Shown here: piece by piece, positions 25,185 to 37,815 of the stretch
How positions within the stretch are numbered: the first letter of the stretch is position 1
How the letters are laid out: every line of letters begins with the position of its first letter
The notes under the pieces: generated by a model
What the model was told of the DNA's origin: nothing
The model's database searches: none
Seen by the model: the letters and a program-made list of their open reading frames with translations, nothing else
Assembly: GCA_964016885.1 (NCBI GenBank)
Contig: OZ024743.1
Coordinates: forward strand, 31,620,001 to 31,684,000
Direction: 5' to 3'
From: Eledone cirrhosa
Taxonomy: Eukaryota
Length of the DNA: 64,000 nucleotides
Position numbers and translations under genes: made by a program

Positions 25185-25890
25185 GGAATAACTGCGGGTC
25201 GGTCGGATTTTTCAGGCGTCTGGAAACATTTCTGTGAATGTCTCGCCCATTACTGTAAGCGGAGGACGGACAAAGCATCTTGAGCGCATGTTGGGAGAGT
25301 GTTGTTGTAGCTTCAAAAGCCTGACGAACCTGTTCAGGCAGTTCCAAATATTAGGCAAGAATCGACTAGATTTCCCGAATGCGCCAGTGTATTTTGGACC
25401 AAGCACATGAGGTCATCTAGATCGTATATATATAGCTTTTTCATTAGATCGGCCGATAGGTGATGGCATTTCCAAACAATTGATTATCCAGATCATTAGT
25501 TAGTGATCTGCTAGGTCGTTCTAAATAGAATAAGTAGGCAAGGCCGTAGTTCCTGTAAGCTTTACGCATTGATCCCGGCGCATACATCTACAGAGACCGG
25601 ATCAACAATTTAGTTAAGATGACACGGAGAGTCATCAACAGCAGGTGGCAGGGTACTCCCAAGTGGAGAATCAATAGCCATTAATAAAGCCGTAGCAATA
25701 GAAAAATAGAACGGCGGTGGATTTACTAAGTAAATTAGAAAAAGTGATAAGAGATGGCATTGTCCCCAACGTGTGAACGGTGAGAATAGAATTAGACAAA
25801 TTCTTCAACGGGAAATACGAAGGCTGCATTGTCAGAACTAAAGCGCGAACTTTAAAACACGAGCGAAGGAAAGCTGTTCCTTGGATATAT
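25185..25890 (+). mobile_element. Old Tx1-family ORF2 fragment (endonuclease C-terminal half and linker)
   Basis: Remnants DFFRRLETFL and FFNGKYEGCIVRTKAR match DFFRRLETFL and FFNAKHEGCVVRARVR of the element at 44376-50375. Confidence 0.8.
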
Positions 25891-26376
25891 GTTGAGAATA
25901 CAGAAAGACGTTTTTTTTAATGTAACTCAGTTTCTAATATTAATTTCAAGCACAGAAATACATAACATACTTGCTGGTACTGAAAGCTACTCATGGTAAC
26001 TGCAGTTTATGCACTTGAACTTCATTGGTGGATAGGTTTACTTGAAACCTGCCATCCTGATATCGTCTAGCCTGTTTCTACCTAAAAATGTTTCAAACGC
26101 TTGAAGTGATGTTCCTGTGACACACGAACGTATCACTATGACAGGTGGTAGTAATACAATTACGTACAGTTTACATCACATGCTCTCCCCCACCCCCATA
26201 GAGATAGCACCCGCTGTCATGAGAGCTATAAGCGGACGGCAGATTTTAGTTGCCGTATTCGAAATAACATGTGCATTCTATGTTGAGGTGCTTCTGATGG
26301 GTTATGAGAAGTTTTCTATTATATAAATGTGTTGGTGGCTGTATGTACATATTCAAGTAAGGTAGGGCTTTAAACA

Positions 26377-26545
26377 TAATTGTTTCTACTTTTGGCACGT
26401 GGCCAGCAATTATCGCAGTGTATTACTGGTACTTTATTTTATCGACCCCGTAAGGATGAAAGGCAAATTTAACCTCGGCGGGATTTGAACTCAGTCCGTA
26501 AAGGGACGTAAATGTGCTGCAAAGCATGAAACCCGACCCTCTAAA
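26377..26545 (-). mobile_element. Family A SINE
   Basis: Reverse complement of the same core (ggtactttattttatcgaccccgtaaggatgaaaggc, ggatttgaactc). Confidence 0.88.
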
Positions 26546-27449
26546 CATAATGATTTGGAAACATATAAAGAGAGGTTATGCGAGAAAATACTTGGCTGTA
26601 AATATATATAGCAAAGCAGATTAATTAAATGTCGGTTAATCCTTTAAGGAAATGGCTGTGAGCTGAGGTTTATGACTGTTACACTAATTTATGAAAACAG
26701 CGGACATGATTTCATTGGTTAGATTTCATCAACTAGGCTGTTGCCTTGATTTAGTTATATCCTACGTTGATTATGAATATCTTGCATAGAAAATATTTTA
26801 CTACTGTCAATATTTTAGTAATGGATTCATCGTTCTGCATATATATTTGTACAGTTAATGTTTTCAAAATAATTAATGCTAAACCTTTAGTAACATTATT
26901 CATTTTGCAACTTTCGCCCGACAATATTCTATTTCAATTAATGTATTAATTTATATTAACTTCATTTTAATATAGTTCTGTTCAATATAACGTTTAAAAG
27001 CATCTTAAATACTCTACTAAAATGATTCCGACATATAAAACCTTATATTCTATAACAATTTTCATATATATATTGATATTTATTAGCTCCAACAAACATC
27101 ACACCTCTCCATTTATTAACTTAAACATTACACACATTTACATTGTGGAAATATACCAATGATGTTAGCAGATCAAATTTGCTTAATCTGTTTTAATCTA
27201 CCTAAAGTGTATTACCTAAAGTTTAGGCGACAAGATTCTTTTAAAGTTATTAATTTGGAATGTTTAATTATAATATTCTGCTCTGGAGTTCATTTATTGC
27301 CAGTCTACAGGAGCAAAAATAAAATATAGTTGTAATAAAAGATAATTTCAATTTAATTTGAAACGTGTACATAATCTTCAGTGTGTGTGTATGTGTGGGT
27401 ACATACTCTGGAGTGTGAGCAGATGTATGAGACCCAGCAAGACTCCATT

Positions 27450-27740
27450 GAAGTGTGTCGGCCGCAAAATGGTTGATGACCCGTGTAGCAGTAAATAGTG
27501 ACCAGAAGTTAAGATGGCGTGGAATAACAGCAGCCAATGGCATGACAAGAGTAGAAGAAGTTTTTTTAAGGTGTTTTTTGACGATAAAAACCCCAGTAAG
27601 AAAATTTGCTCCGAACGAACTACCCGTGTCTGAAGGAACCTGCAGCCGTAGAATCAGCCAGATCCATGCAGTGATCATGTCTCGAGCCACCTGCCGGCGA
27701 AACAATTGTAACACGTAATAAACTGAGTCTAGATGCATCA
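27450..27740 (-). mobile_element. Possible degraded 3' end of a CR1/L2-type LINE
   Basis: RRQVARDMIT and FTATRVINHF loosely resemble the RR.RGDMI and FFS.RV.N.WN C-terminal motifs. Confidence 0.3.
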
Positions 27741-27846
27741 CTGATTTTTCGTTTTTTTATACTATCCACACTCTACTCTGTATGAATATTGACTGATAAT
27801 TTTGGCATACCGCCTATGGAAGCACCATAGCTACCATTATACACAA

Positions 27847-27894
<48 letters not shown>

Positions 27895-27972
27895 ATATGT
27901 GTGTGTCTGAGAGTGTGAGTGTATGAGTGTGTGTGTATGTATATATATATATATTTACATATATGTATGCAC

Positions 27973-28047
<75 letters not shown>

Positions 28048-28263
28048 CAATGAGGTATCCACTGTAAGTTGTGGGGTCTATTCTCTATGAAGAACTCAAT
28101 GTAATCCATATGTTGAAAATGTTGTAGGTTAAGATAAATCTCAGAAAATAATAAAACATTAAAAGGAAAACAGAGTCATGATATAAGTTAAACTTTATTA
28201 ACTTATATATATACATATATGTATATATATACATATATATATATATCCATATATATATATATA

Positions 28264-28400
<137 letters not shown>

Positions 28401-29504
28401 ATATTGATAAAGAGGATGGAACCACTAGTCAGAATCTAAACGTTGGGGAGAAATAGCCGGTGCTGAGCTCGATTCACAACGGATCTTGTATCCCTTCTCG
28501 TCTCAAAGAGTTGTTTATCCGACTCACTATATTATTTCATATTTGCTCGACCCTTTTGGCAATTACACAAAAAGCTAATAAGTATTCCAGTGTATCTATA
28601 TGTAAAACAAAATATGTGATCCCATTCATCTACACGTGTAATGACTTTCAAAAATCTATAGAGATTTTGGGTCGAAAGGACCCAGAATTGGTAGATTCAG
28701 GATGTAAATCTGCACAAAATATAGTTTAAAACATCAACATTTGTATATGCACCAGTTCTATAGTGAACAGATGGTGTACAGTAAGATGGAAATGATCGAT
28801 AATCATTGACACCGATATTATCCAGCGCGATATCTGCAGGGAATGGAAGACAATATTGGAATCCCTTATTGATTTAAGTTTGTCGACGAATAGACACGGG
28901 GAATTGAATTTGTGTCACTAACACAGACATGCGAAAATGATGTTGATATTCATTTATTTCTAATTTGGGAAAAAGGTGAACAAATTTCAAGAAGTGTACA
29001 GTCATTTAAGCCAATCCGAATACTTGACTCGTACATTATTTTGTCGAGTGCGGAAAGACGAAAGGCAGATTCGATCATCACAGAATTTGACCTCACAATG
29101 TAATGTGTCAGAACAAATACTACAGTAGCATTATATCTGACTCTCTACCAAATCTGCAAAAGTACCGTTCTCGTTTTGATATTATCCACTTATTGCTGTC
29201 TAAATTGCGAATACCCTTGATTTACAAGTATTTTTAGTGCACTGTGGTTTTATTGTTTCGATTTATTGTCGGTGAAGAGTTTAGCACGATATTCAATGCG
29301 ATGAACTCTAGGCTAGTTTGTATTAGGTTTCTTAGCTTAAATATTGTCATTTGCGTCTCCGTTCTATTAACTTCATTTGAAATAATCAGGCAGGCCTCTC
29401 AGGGAGGACAACACATTGAAAATATTTTAAAGTCTGGTATCAAATAATTATCAAAGACAAGATGGAGTAGGACAGGACACAGGAGAGACAGAAAATAAAA
29501 CCCA

Positions 29505-29547
29505 GTCACTGAGGAGGTCATAGAATGTTTTACGAAAAAGCTTTGAC
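29505..29547 (+). ncRNA. Hammerhead-like motif, decayed stem II
   Basis: GTCA-CTGAGGA-...-GAAA-aagc-TT-TGAC with stem I GTCA/TGAC. A diverged homologue lies near 53885-53960. Confidence 0.5.
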
Positions 29548-30092
29548 AATTATCACGCTATTTATAACATAATATTCATGTTTTTTCAAAGAATTTGATG
29601 TATGATTTGCATTAAATATAATTCTGTTTAATATTACACAATAAGACAATGAAATGTTATTAGTATCAAGGTATTTATCAGGTATTTACATTTTCTGTAA
29701 AATACATATAAAAGCGTTTACAATGATTAAAGGCATTATTTGTTGTATTATCCAAATCAAAGATATTTCGGTATCTTTGTCATATAAGTAGTTCGAGAGA
29801 TTACGATAGAACCAATATCTCCATTTCAATATGAAATATATATTTAAGAAATCACAAAAGAAAATACTCACCTTTTCAAAATATTGCGAAAATATGTCAT
29901 AAAAAGATGTCAACCATAATTGTAGTTGTAAATTATCTTATGTCGTTATTCTAAGGAACCATTAATGACGGTTATTAGAGGTCATCTAATATTAATAGAA
30001 GGTGAATTGGTCCATTTTTTTTATTGATTCCATTAAGAGAGTACAAAACGTTTGTCACCAAGTTTTTCATCACCCCCCTCTCTCTCTCCCTC

Positions 30093-30127
<35 letters not shown>

Positions 30128-30134
<7 letters not shown>

Positions 30135-30489
30135 AATGACAGGAGGCTGGGCTGGTGTAATTCCTTAGAGATTTATTATACTATGAACATTTCAATGAAC
30201 GGGTTCAGTATGAATCCGGTGACATCATCAGGTTTTCAGAAAGTTAACCAACAAATGAATATAGGCGGCCGCCCGGTCTTGAAACTGCTAATATTTGGCC
30301 ACCTCCTCGTCTTGGGAATTTCTCTCTGCTTTTCAGCCTCTTGGATTGTGTCTATTATTATATTCCTTTGTTGGATAACTTTCGGAATAGCTGATTACAC
30401 GATTCAAACTGAACCCGGTCATTGAAATAATCATACTATAATAAATCTTTAAGGAATTACACCAGTCCAGCTTCCTGTCATTTTATAAT
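30128..30489. repeat. Inverted repeat (arms about 30128-30208 and 30408-30489) enclosing a hammerhead-like motif at 30180-30233 (minus)
   Basis: attataaaatgacaggaggctgggctggtgtaattcctt is mirrored at the right end. Minus strand reads AC-CTGATGA-...-GAAA-tgttc-ATA-GT then aataaa. Confidence 0.8.
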
Positions 30490-30609
30490 TATTACTCCGT
30501 ACTCGCACCACCAACAACATCAACGAAGACGTTCTCTCCCTAAATAATACATCAAGGCTGACTATACGGAATGACCAGTTCTATCCAGTGGGGATCCTAC
30601 AAACCTAAA

Positions 30610-30654
<45 letters not shown>

Positions 30655-30669
<15 letters not shown>

Positions 30670-30673
30670 GATA
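30655..30673. repeat. (AGAT)n at the 3' junction of Tx1 element 1
   Basis: Four to five units abutting the element end. Confidence 0.85.
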
Positions 30674-30901
30674 AATTTCTTTATTAGCCACAAGGACACA
30701 AAAGAAGGGGACAAATACAAATGAGGAGTTTACATACAGGTATATGAAAATAAAACTATTAATACAATAACAAATAACAATTAAAATCCCTAATAGGGGG
30801 GAGGTGTTACACAGGTGTTGTACACATCCCGAAAAAATGTACAACCCTCATCTCCAGGAGCACCAAGAGTGAGTACTCCCTTCCTCTCTTCCACTTTTTC
30901 C

Positions 30902-33900
30902 TCAACCTACAGGCTTATATAGAGACAAGGCCCAACCACTCGGGCCATCTTTGCCACATTCACCCACCTTTTATAAAATTTGCTGGGGTACAGCACCTCT
31001 CTCTCCATCCTGATTCTTCTTCCAAAATAATATTTGAAAAAACGAATCAGTTGCTCTCCAGAGAGAAAGGTCTGACCTCAGCCCTTTTAACCTCGTCCAC
31101 CATATAACCTCTTTCACCAGAGCCATAACACATAGGAATACCGCCTCTCCCTCGTTTTTGAAGGAGGGTGGGAGTTTGATCATGACAATGGACTCGGTGG
31201 TCAACTGGATTGGTCCCACCCGCGACAATAGTCGTTCTACATAGCCCCACAGGTCAGTAACGACCGGGAAGTGTACGAATGCGTGTGCGACGGTTTCCTC
31301 GTCGCGCACGCATCTTGGACAGATCTTTTTCGAAGGGTCCCTACCCGGGCGCCCGTGTCTGTAGAGCTTGTCTCGAACTGGTAGAGCTTCTCGGTAGCAC
31401 TGCCAGGCCAGGGATTTTTGGAAGTTGTCCATTGGTCCCGGGCGGAAGGTCCTACCGAACAGACTGGCCAGTTCGTCCTCCTCTACGCCTAGAGATTCTC
31501 CGAGCGTGTCGTCGCACTTGCTGCGGACCAACCCTCTATAGAATGTCGAAGTTGAGTCTCCACTGATCGCCGGGTCCGTTTGCCAGAGGACTGTGAGCGC
31601 CTGAGCACATTCGATGTGCCAGTCGCCCATATTCCTCGGTCTTTGTTTGACTCAGGACTGCAGCTCGGTCAGCGAGACGAGTCGTGGGAAAGCTCGCCTC
31701 ACGAACGGGGCCCACACCGGTTGTCTGGTGAGGAATACGTGGAGGTGCAGCAGCCTGAGCGCGTGTTTGCGCGTGGTCAGGGACGGCATCCCCAGTCTTC
31801 CGTTTGAAGGGTGTTGGCAGCAGATGGATCTTCTCACCAAAGGAGCCCGTTTCTTCCAAACGAATTGGAAGAGAGCGCCCTCCATTTTGGTGAGCGTTTT
31901 GGCTGGACAAGGCACGACGGTCAAGCGGTAGTAGATGACGGACGCTATAAAAGTGTTCGCCACGCCCGCTCGACCTTTCAATGATAGTTTGCACTCGGCC
32001 CACTTCTGGGTGAGCGCAAACACCTTGGCCGTCACCTCGTTCCAGTTCTTCTCCACCTAGAGATCCGGACCAAACCAGACCCCGAGCAGCTTTACCGGTC
32101 CTTCCGTCCAGGGTCCGACGAAGTCATCGGATGGCATCGGTTTGCCTCTCCACGTTCCGAGTTGCAAACCGACGGATTTGTCCCGGTTCAGCTTCGTTCC
32201 TGTGAACCGTTCGTATTCCTCCAGTAAGGTTCCGATCTCCCCGATTTGCGAGGTGCTCGACACCACTACTGTCACGTCGCAGTCCCGGTTCTAAAGTGAT
32301 GCCCTGCAATAGCTCCAACTTCCGCAGTAGTGGCTCGAGCGTCAGTACGTACAAAAGGGAGGAGAGAGGGCATCCCTGTCGGATGGATCGCGTGATATGG
32401 AACGGCTCGGAGAGGTAGCCGTTCATCTTGACCCTTGAGCAGAAGTTGTTGCTGTGCATTGCAGCAATCCAGCCCCTGAACACGCCTCGAGCACCGCATC
32501 CAGGTAATGATGGTAAACCCTATCGAAAGCCTTAGACTGATCTAAGTTGATCAGGGCTCCACCGAAGCCGGGTTTACACCCTACCCTCTCTATGATGTAT
32601 CGCATGAGGAGGAGGTTGTCGTGTATGGACCTGGTCGGGATTGCGCATGTCTGCGCTTCTCCCACCAGGTTTTCGACGACAAGCGCCAGCCTCTTACCAA
32701 CACCTTGGCCAAAATCTGTAACTCTGTGTTGAGCAGAGTTATGGGCCGGAAGTTACCTATGTCATCCACCTTGTTCTTGTCCCCCCTGACTAACATGGTT
32801 GCGCCTTTGGTCACAGAACTGGGAATTCTCCCGTTCTGCTGCCAGTTGCAGTAGACCGCTTCCAGGAGACCGGAGAACAAGTCCGGCATTGTTACGTAAA
32901 ATTCGCAGGGGAGACCGTCGAGACCTGGAGATATGCGTTTGCCGCATTAGCTCAGCGCATACTCTATCTCAGCGGCCGAAATCGGCCTTTCGCAGAACTT
33001 ATCCTCGCTCTCAGAGAGTCGCTGTAGGCCGTCGAGGTATGAACCAAAATCTATAGCCCCTCCCGGCGCGCCGCCCTGCCCGAACAGTTGAGAAAAAATG
33101 CCGCCGAAAGGCCGCGCATATTTGCTTGACGTATCACGCGTCCGTATTGGTCCTCCAAAGACCGAATCGTGGACTTGTTGCCACTTTTCGGCTCCGTCAC
33201 TCGGGCCCAGCTAACAACTTTGGCTCCCTCGTTTCCCAGAGCACGTATTTTGCTTCTGACAACGCAGCCTTCATGCTTTGCGTCGAATAACTGGTCTAAG
33301 GCCGTTCTCGTCGCTAGCACGCTGGCTACGTTTCCACTCCTAAGTGCCTCTTCTACTTTATCTACCAGTTTCTTTTCGGTCTTATTTCTATCTAACACTA
33401 ATACTTTACTAAAACCTATCGAGTCTAATCTAACTGCCCTCTTGAGAGAGTACCACCATCTGTTGTTGACAATGGCCCCCGCCAAGTGTTGCTTAACTAA
33501 AGTGCTAATCCGTCTACTCTAGGCTTTGTATGCCGGTAACGACAAGTTCAGCTTCCAGTAGCCAGGTCCCTGTCTATGGATTTTGTCAAGGTTGACTATG
33601 CAGCTCACTAATTTGTGGTCTGATTAGGCAACCATGAACATTTGTGGACAGCTTAACATGTCCCTGTCCTTCTTTCTAACTAGAAGCTTATCTAGGTACG
33701 ATCTAGATGTTCCGCCAAGATTAGTCCACGTCCACAGTTGCACAGTCGGAAAATCTAGTCGATATCTATCGGCCAGGTCAAATCGGTCGATTAACTGTTT
33801 GAGGCTGTTACATCCCCCTCTATCGGGACATGCTCCCACATATTCTCAACGTGCATCTAGGATTCCATTCCAGTCCCCCACTAACAGCAGGTAGCGGGAC

Positions 33901-34295
33901 GTTCCCAGAAAAGTCTCTACACGTTTGAAGATGTATGGCCGCGGTGTCCCGGATGGGGCATATGCGGTCGCCAGCCTGAAGGCTCCACCTTCACTACCGC
34001 CAACGTCTAGGACCACCATTCGACCCTCCGGGTCCAGGTGTACCGTCTGTGTTACGAGGTCCAGGTGTTTCCGCAGCAAAACAGCATCCCCACCCCCACC
34101 TCCCGGCTGACAGAGAGATGCGTAGATCTCAAAGTCGTCGAAGATGGGGGTCAGTTGTCGATCGCTGTGGATCCTGGACTCGCAAATGGCTACTACATTC
34201 ATACTGTGCGACCTGAGGTTGTTTAAGTGTTTGCCCTGTTTCCAGGGCATTCCCAGGCCGCGTACATTCACACATCCAACTCTAATATTGGCCAT
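30902..34295 (-). pseudogene. Element 1 ORF2 (APE endonuclease, reverse transcriptase, C-terminal zinc knuckle), disrupted
   Basis: VNVRGL, GDWN, WTW, YLD, FRPITLLN, LDQSKAFDRV, RQGCPLS, CPRC...H. The YADD segment is deleted near 32280. Several frameshifts. Confidence 0.93.
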
Positions 34296-34302
34296 GTTGG
34301 TG

Positions 34303-34339
34303 CTGAAAAGTTAAAAGAAGAAGAAAAGAAATCACTCAC
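34303..34339 (-). other. Candidate 37-nt GT-AG intron at the ORF1/ORF2 junction of element 1
   Basis: AAG|GTGAGTgatttcttttcttcttcttttaacttttCAG|CACCAACATG. Confidence 0.5.
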
Positions 34340-36265
34340 CTTTTCGTCTCCTGAGGACCAGGCTGCACAATTTACATGGGGGTGTTGGAAGGTATGTTTG
34401 GTGGTGGTTTCTGGCGGGGTGGGGACGGAGGTGTTTGGTGGGGAGGTGTTGTCTGGTGGGATGGGGATGACATGGGTGGAGGTGCCTATGGTGGGGAAGC
34501 CTTTGAAGGGGACGCAGTTGATTGGTTTCACGCAGGAATTCACCACGTCCTCTACAAATGTTTCTTTTAGGGATCTATAAGTTCCTATAGGGACCCTGAT
34601 CAGTTTTAGGTTCATGTTTTTTTGTTTTTGTTGGAGCTATCCAAAGTTTTCCCTTCGGTTTTGACCAAAGGGTTGTTTCTGATGGTCTCCATCAGTGTTC
34701 TATTTTCTTCGTTTATGTAAGTGTATGTGTACTTTTCCTGTGTTGTGTTTGTTTTTGTCTGTGGTTCCTGCGTGTGTTTTCTCTTTGTTGTGGGTGTTTT
34801 GTTTTCGGGAGGGGGAACTTTTGTTTGTGATGTTTGTGCTGTTTGTGCTGGTGTTTGTGTGTTTCTTTCGTTTTTGTTCATGCGGTGCTTTTTTTTTTTT
34901 ATTTTCACGGGTTGGAAGGGTTCCTCCTCGTCGCTGCTGGGTGCCGTCGATAGTGGTTCCTCATCCGTGTTGATGGGTAGGGGTATGTTTTGGGGTTCTA
35001 TAGTGTCTGTGTGTGTTTTTGTATTTGTTTTGGGTGGGGAGGGGTTGGGTGGGATAGTGTTCTCTGTTGTTATTTCTTGTTGTCGTGGTGGTGGTGGTGG
35101 TTGTGTTGTTATTTGTGGTGTGGGTAAAAGTGGTTTTCTTTTTGTCAATTGAGGATAGGCAGCCCTTAGGTGACCTCTGCTTGCGCAGTGGTAACATGCG
35201 GGCCGCCTACCCTCAACCGAAATGTTTATGTAGGTCTGTCCATCCAGAGGTACTCTTTGGAGGATTTTCATTATACGTTCTGGGCTCATCTGCACCAGAA
35301 TTTGGACGCTAGTCCAACTAAATATATCTCTGGAGGATTTCCCTACTGAGATCAAAATGTCTTGTTCAAAGTCAATTAGGCCATAAAGTATCCACCAAAT
35401 ATCTACTTTGGGTCTTATGCATGTAATTTTTATTTTTTGCGTTCTTTTTCCCATGTATGTAGGGAAAAATGTAAAATGGGTGGACACAATGGGCGCGATG
35501 GAATATTTTTGTGCTGTTATGTTGTCTTTCATCAGCACCGAGATGCTGCCGAAAAGTTTGGCTTTCTGAATGAATAAAATGTTATCCATGTGGTTCCTTA
35601 AAACCAGCTCAATGTCACTCTGAGAAAGTTGAGCTGGTCTTTTTGATGTATTTGAGATTGTCCTGAAAACCACCGTGTTCAGGGCATTCTCTCTCTTTAG
35701 TTCTTGTGGTGAATTTATGCTAAATGATCCATTGGGTCCAAAAGACAAATATTGTTTAGCTTCTTCCAACTTTTGTTTCGCGTTGGTTAAATCCAAAAGT
35801 TGAAATATTTCCGTTTTGTTTTACTGTATCAGCAAAAGAAATGTTGCTGTTGTTGTCTTTTTTGTTGTAGTTATCACTGTTGTTTGTATTTTCTTTGGTG
35901 TTTGTGTTGACATTTTTTCCCTTTTGATTAGTATTGTTGGATGTGGTTTAAATTTTTTCATTTTCTGTATTTTTTGGTGTCTGTTGTGGGCTGTTATTTT
36001 CATTTTTTGTTGTGTGAATTTCCATTTCTTTACGAAAAGAAGTATTTGCAACATATATTTCCTTCTGTGTGTGGATACATGTGACGTTTGTGACGTCAGA
36101 CGTGTTCAGTTGCTTACAAGAAGCTGAAGCTTGGTCACCTTCTAAATGTTGAGGCGGTGATGTGGGCCTTCCTTTGTCCATGTCTGCTACTACCTGCTGG
36201 TCAAGTAGGCATGTCTTTCCCTTCCCATCTTCTTGCTTTGGCAAAGAAGTAGGTGCTTCGGCCAT
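34335..36265 (-). pseudogene. Element 1 ORF1 (gag-like, CCHC knuckle), frameshifted
   Basis: ISVEGRRPACYHCASRGHL aligns with ISVEGKRPKCFRCGSKTHL of element 2. Pieces: 35948-36265, 34612-35796, 34268-34615. Confidence 0.88.
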
Positions 36266-36384
36266 TTAAAAAAAAAATGAAGTGTTTTGCAAAAATATTT
36301 TCGAAGATATTTTGGATGTTTTTGCCCTGAGGGGCACGATATTTTGGAGGACTGACCAGATCAACATTTGACGTGTCAGTCCCT

Positions 36385-36451
36385 CTACAAATTGGTATAA
36401 AATTAAAAGTTCACAATGACGAATTTCTAAGGAAATTTAAACAAAACTTAC
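36385..36451 (-). other. Candidate 67-nt GT-AG intron in the 5' UTR of element 1
   Basis: CG|GTAAGT...ttttataccaatttgTAG|, starting about 31 nt from the element 5' end. Confidence 0.5.
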
Positions 36452-36482
36452 CGAGCAAGTTTAACACGTGTCCATCCCAGCG

Positions 36483-36529
36483 AGATAGATAGATAGATAG
36501 ATAGATACATTTTCTTGTCCATCCCAGCG

Positions 36530-36574
<45 letters not shown>

Positions 36575-36575
36575 T
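36483..36575. repeat. (AGAT)n at the 5' junction of element 1, interrupted by a 14-nt copy of the element terminus
   Basis: tgtccatcccagcg recurs at 36516-36529 between two AGAT runs. Confidence 0.9.
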
Positions 36576-37285
36576 AGATATATATTTCTATCACATAAAT
36601 ATGTACATATATGTGTGTCAGTAATCGGCTTTTATTTTCGGCGTTATTTCAACGATGGTCGAGTAATCCGAATACTATGCTCTGTAATAAATTAAAAAAA
36701 AAGATCTCATTTTGACACGATCAACGAAATACTCGGGTGGTAATTCCTAACCAAAGATTTTTCCCTGTAATCGAATAAAATATGGACCTTAACGTTAGCT
36801 TATATTTCTATTTTGATTTCTGAGCCGTTTTTATTATTTTCCTTTGTTTGACAGACTAACTTCTAGAGTGTTGTTGTTCAGAGGTGTTGACCATAAAGGA
36901 CTTGTTAGTAGGTGTCGAAATTAAGCTCAAATTTTAGTTTGATTTTATATGACTAAATATTAATTGCACCTTCGTAGTAATTAATTTGGGAAATTTCTTT
37001 CATTGATTTATCTAGAAATTTGTATTAGAAGTAACAAAATATTCTATTTGAATTTGAAGCAATTATTTTCAAATCTATTGCGAAAATAAATTTAAAGAGC
37101 CCTAAATAATGCTACTGAAGTGTGGCATAGTTGAGAGAAAAGAGGGAATTTTACATTAAAAGTAGATACATCAATTTTACATGAAATACTCAGAATCGTA
37201 CGTAAATAGAAATAAAATGGCCAGATAATACAGCGCATGTATAGGAAAGGGATTACGAACTATTTGTTAATATATTATATACTTA

Positions 37286-37476
37286 AGGGTGGTGGTTTGG
37301 CAGTATCGGTAGAGGGTCGGACAATATGCTTTGTAGCACAGAGTTACGCCCCTTTCTGATCTGAGTTCAAATCCTGCCGAGGTTAACTTTGCCTTTCATC
37401 CTTACAGGGTCGATAAAATAAAGTACCAGTAATGCACTGGGTAATTGCTGGCCTTATGCCAAAAGTAGAAACAATA
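37286..37476 (+). mobile_element. Full-length family A SINE
   Basis: Same head, B-box, core and tail as 24744-24938. Confidence 0.9.
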
Positions 37477-37760
37477 TATTATATACTAGAAGAATGAAAC
37501 TGCATCTTGTTATTCTTACAGGTATTAGTTTTATCAACCAAACCATGTCACATGATACTGTACAATTTATCACATTATGTCACGTTAAGTTGCCCTTGGG
37601 ACTTTGATAAACGCCTAGTGTGTGTGGAATACCCAACTACATAACTTAGATTTTACGAACAGGTTCATCCCCGATCGAATAAACTTGGACATTCGTCGTC
37701 GGAAATCTCACAAGTCCAACAAAACTACTTGTTATATATATATATATACATATGTATATT

Positions 37761-37815
<55 letters not shown>

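Larger units (their letters stand above)
30674..36482 (-). mobile_element. Tx1/L1-clade LINE, element 1, near full length (about 5.8 kb), multiply frameshifted
   Basis: 5' UTR, ORF1 with zinc knuckle, ORF2 with APE, RT and CCHC, and 3' end ccttgtggctaataaagaaat. Flanked on both sides by (AGAT)n. Confidence 0.95.
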
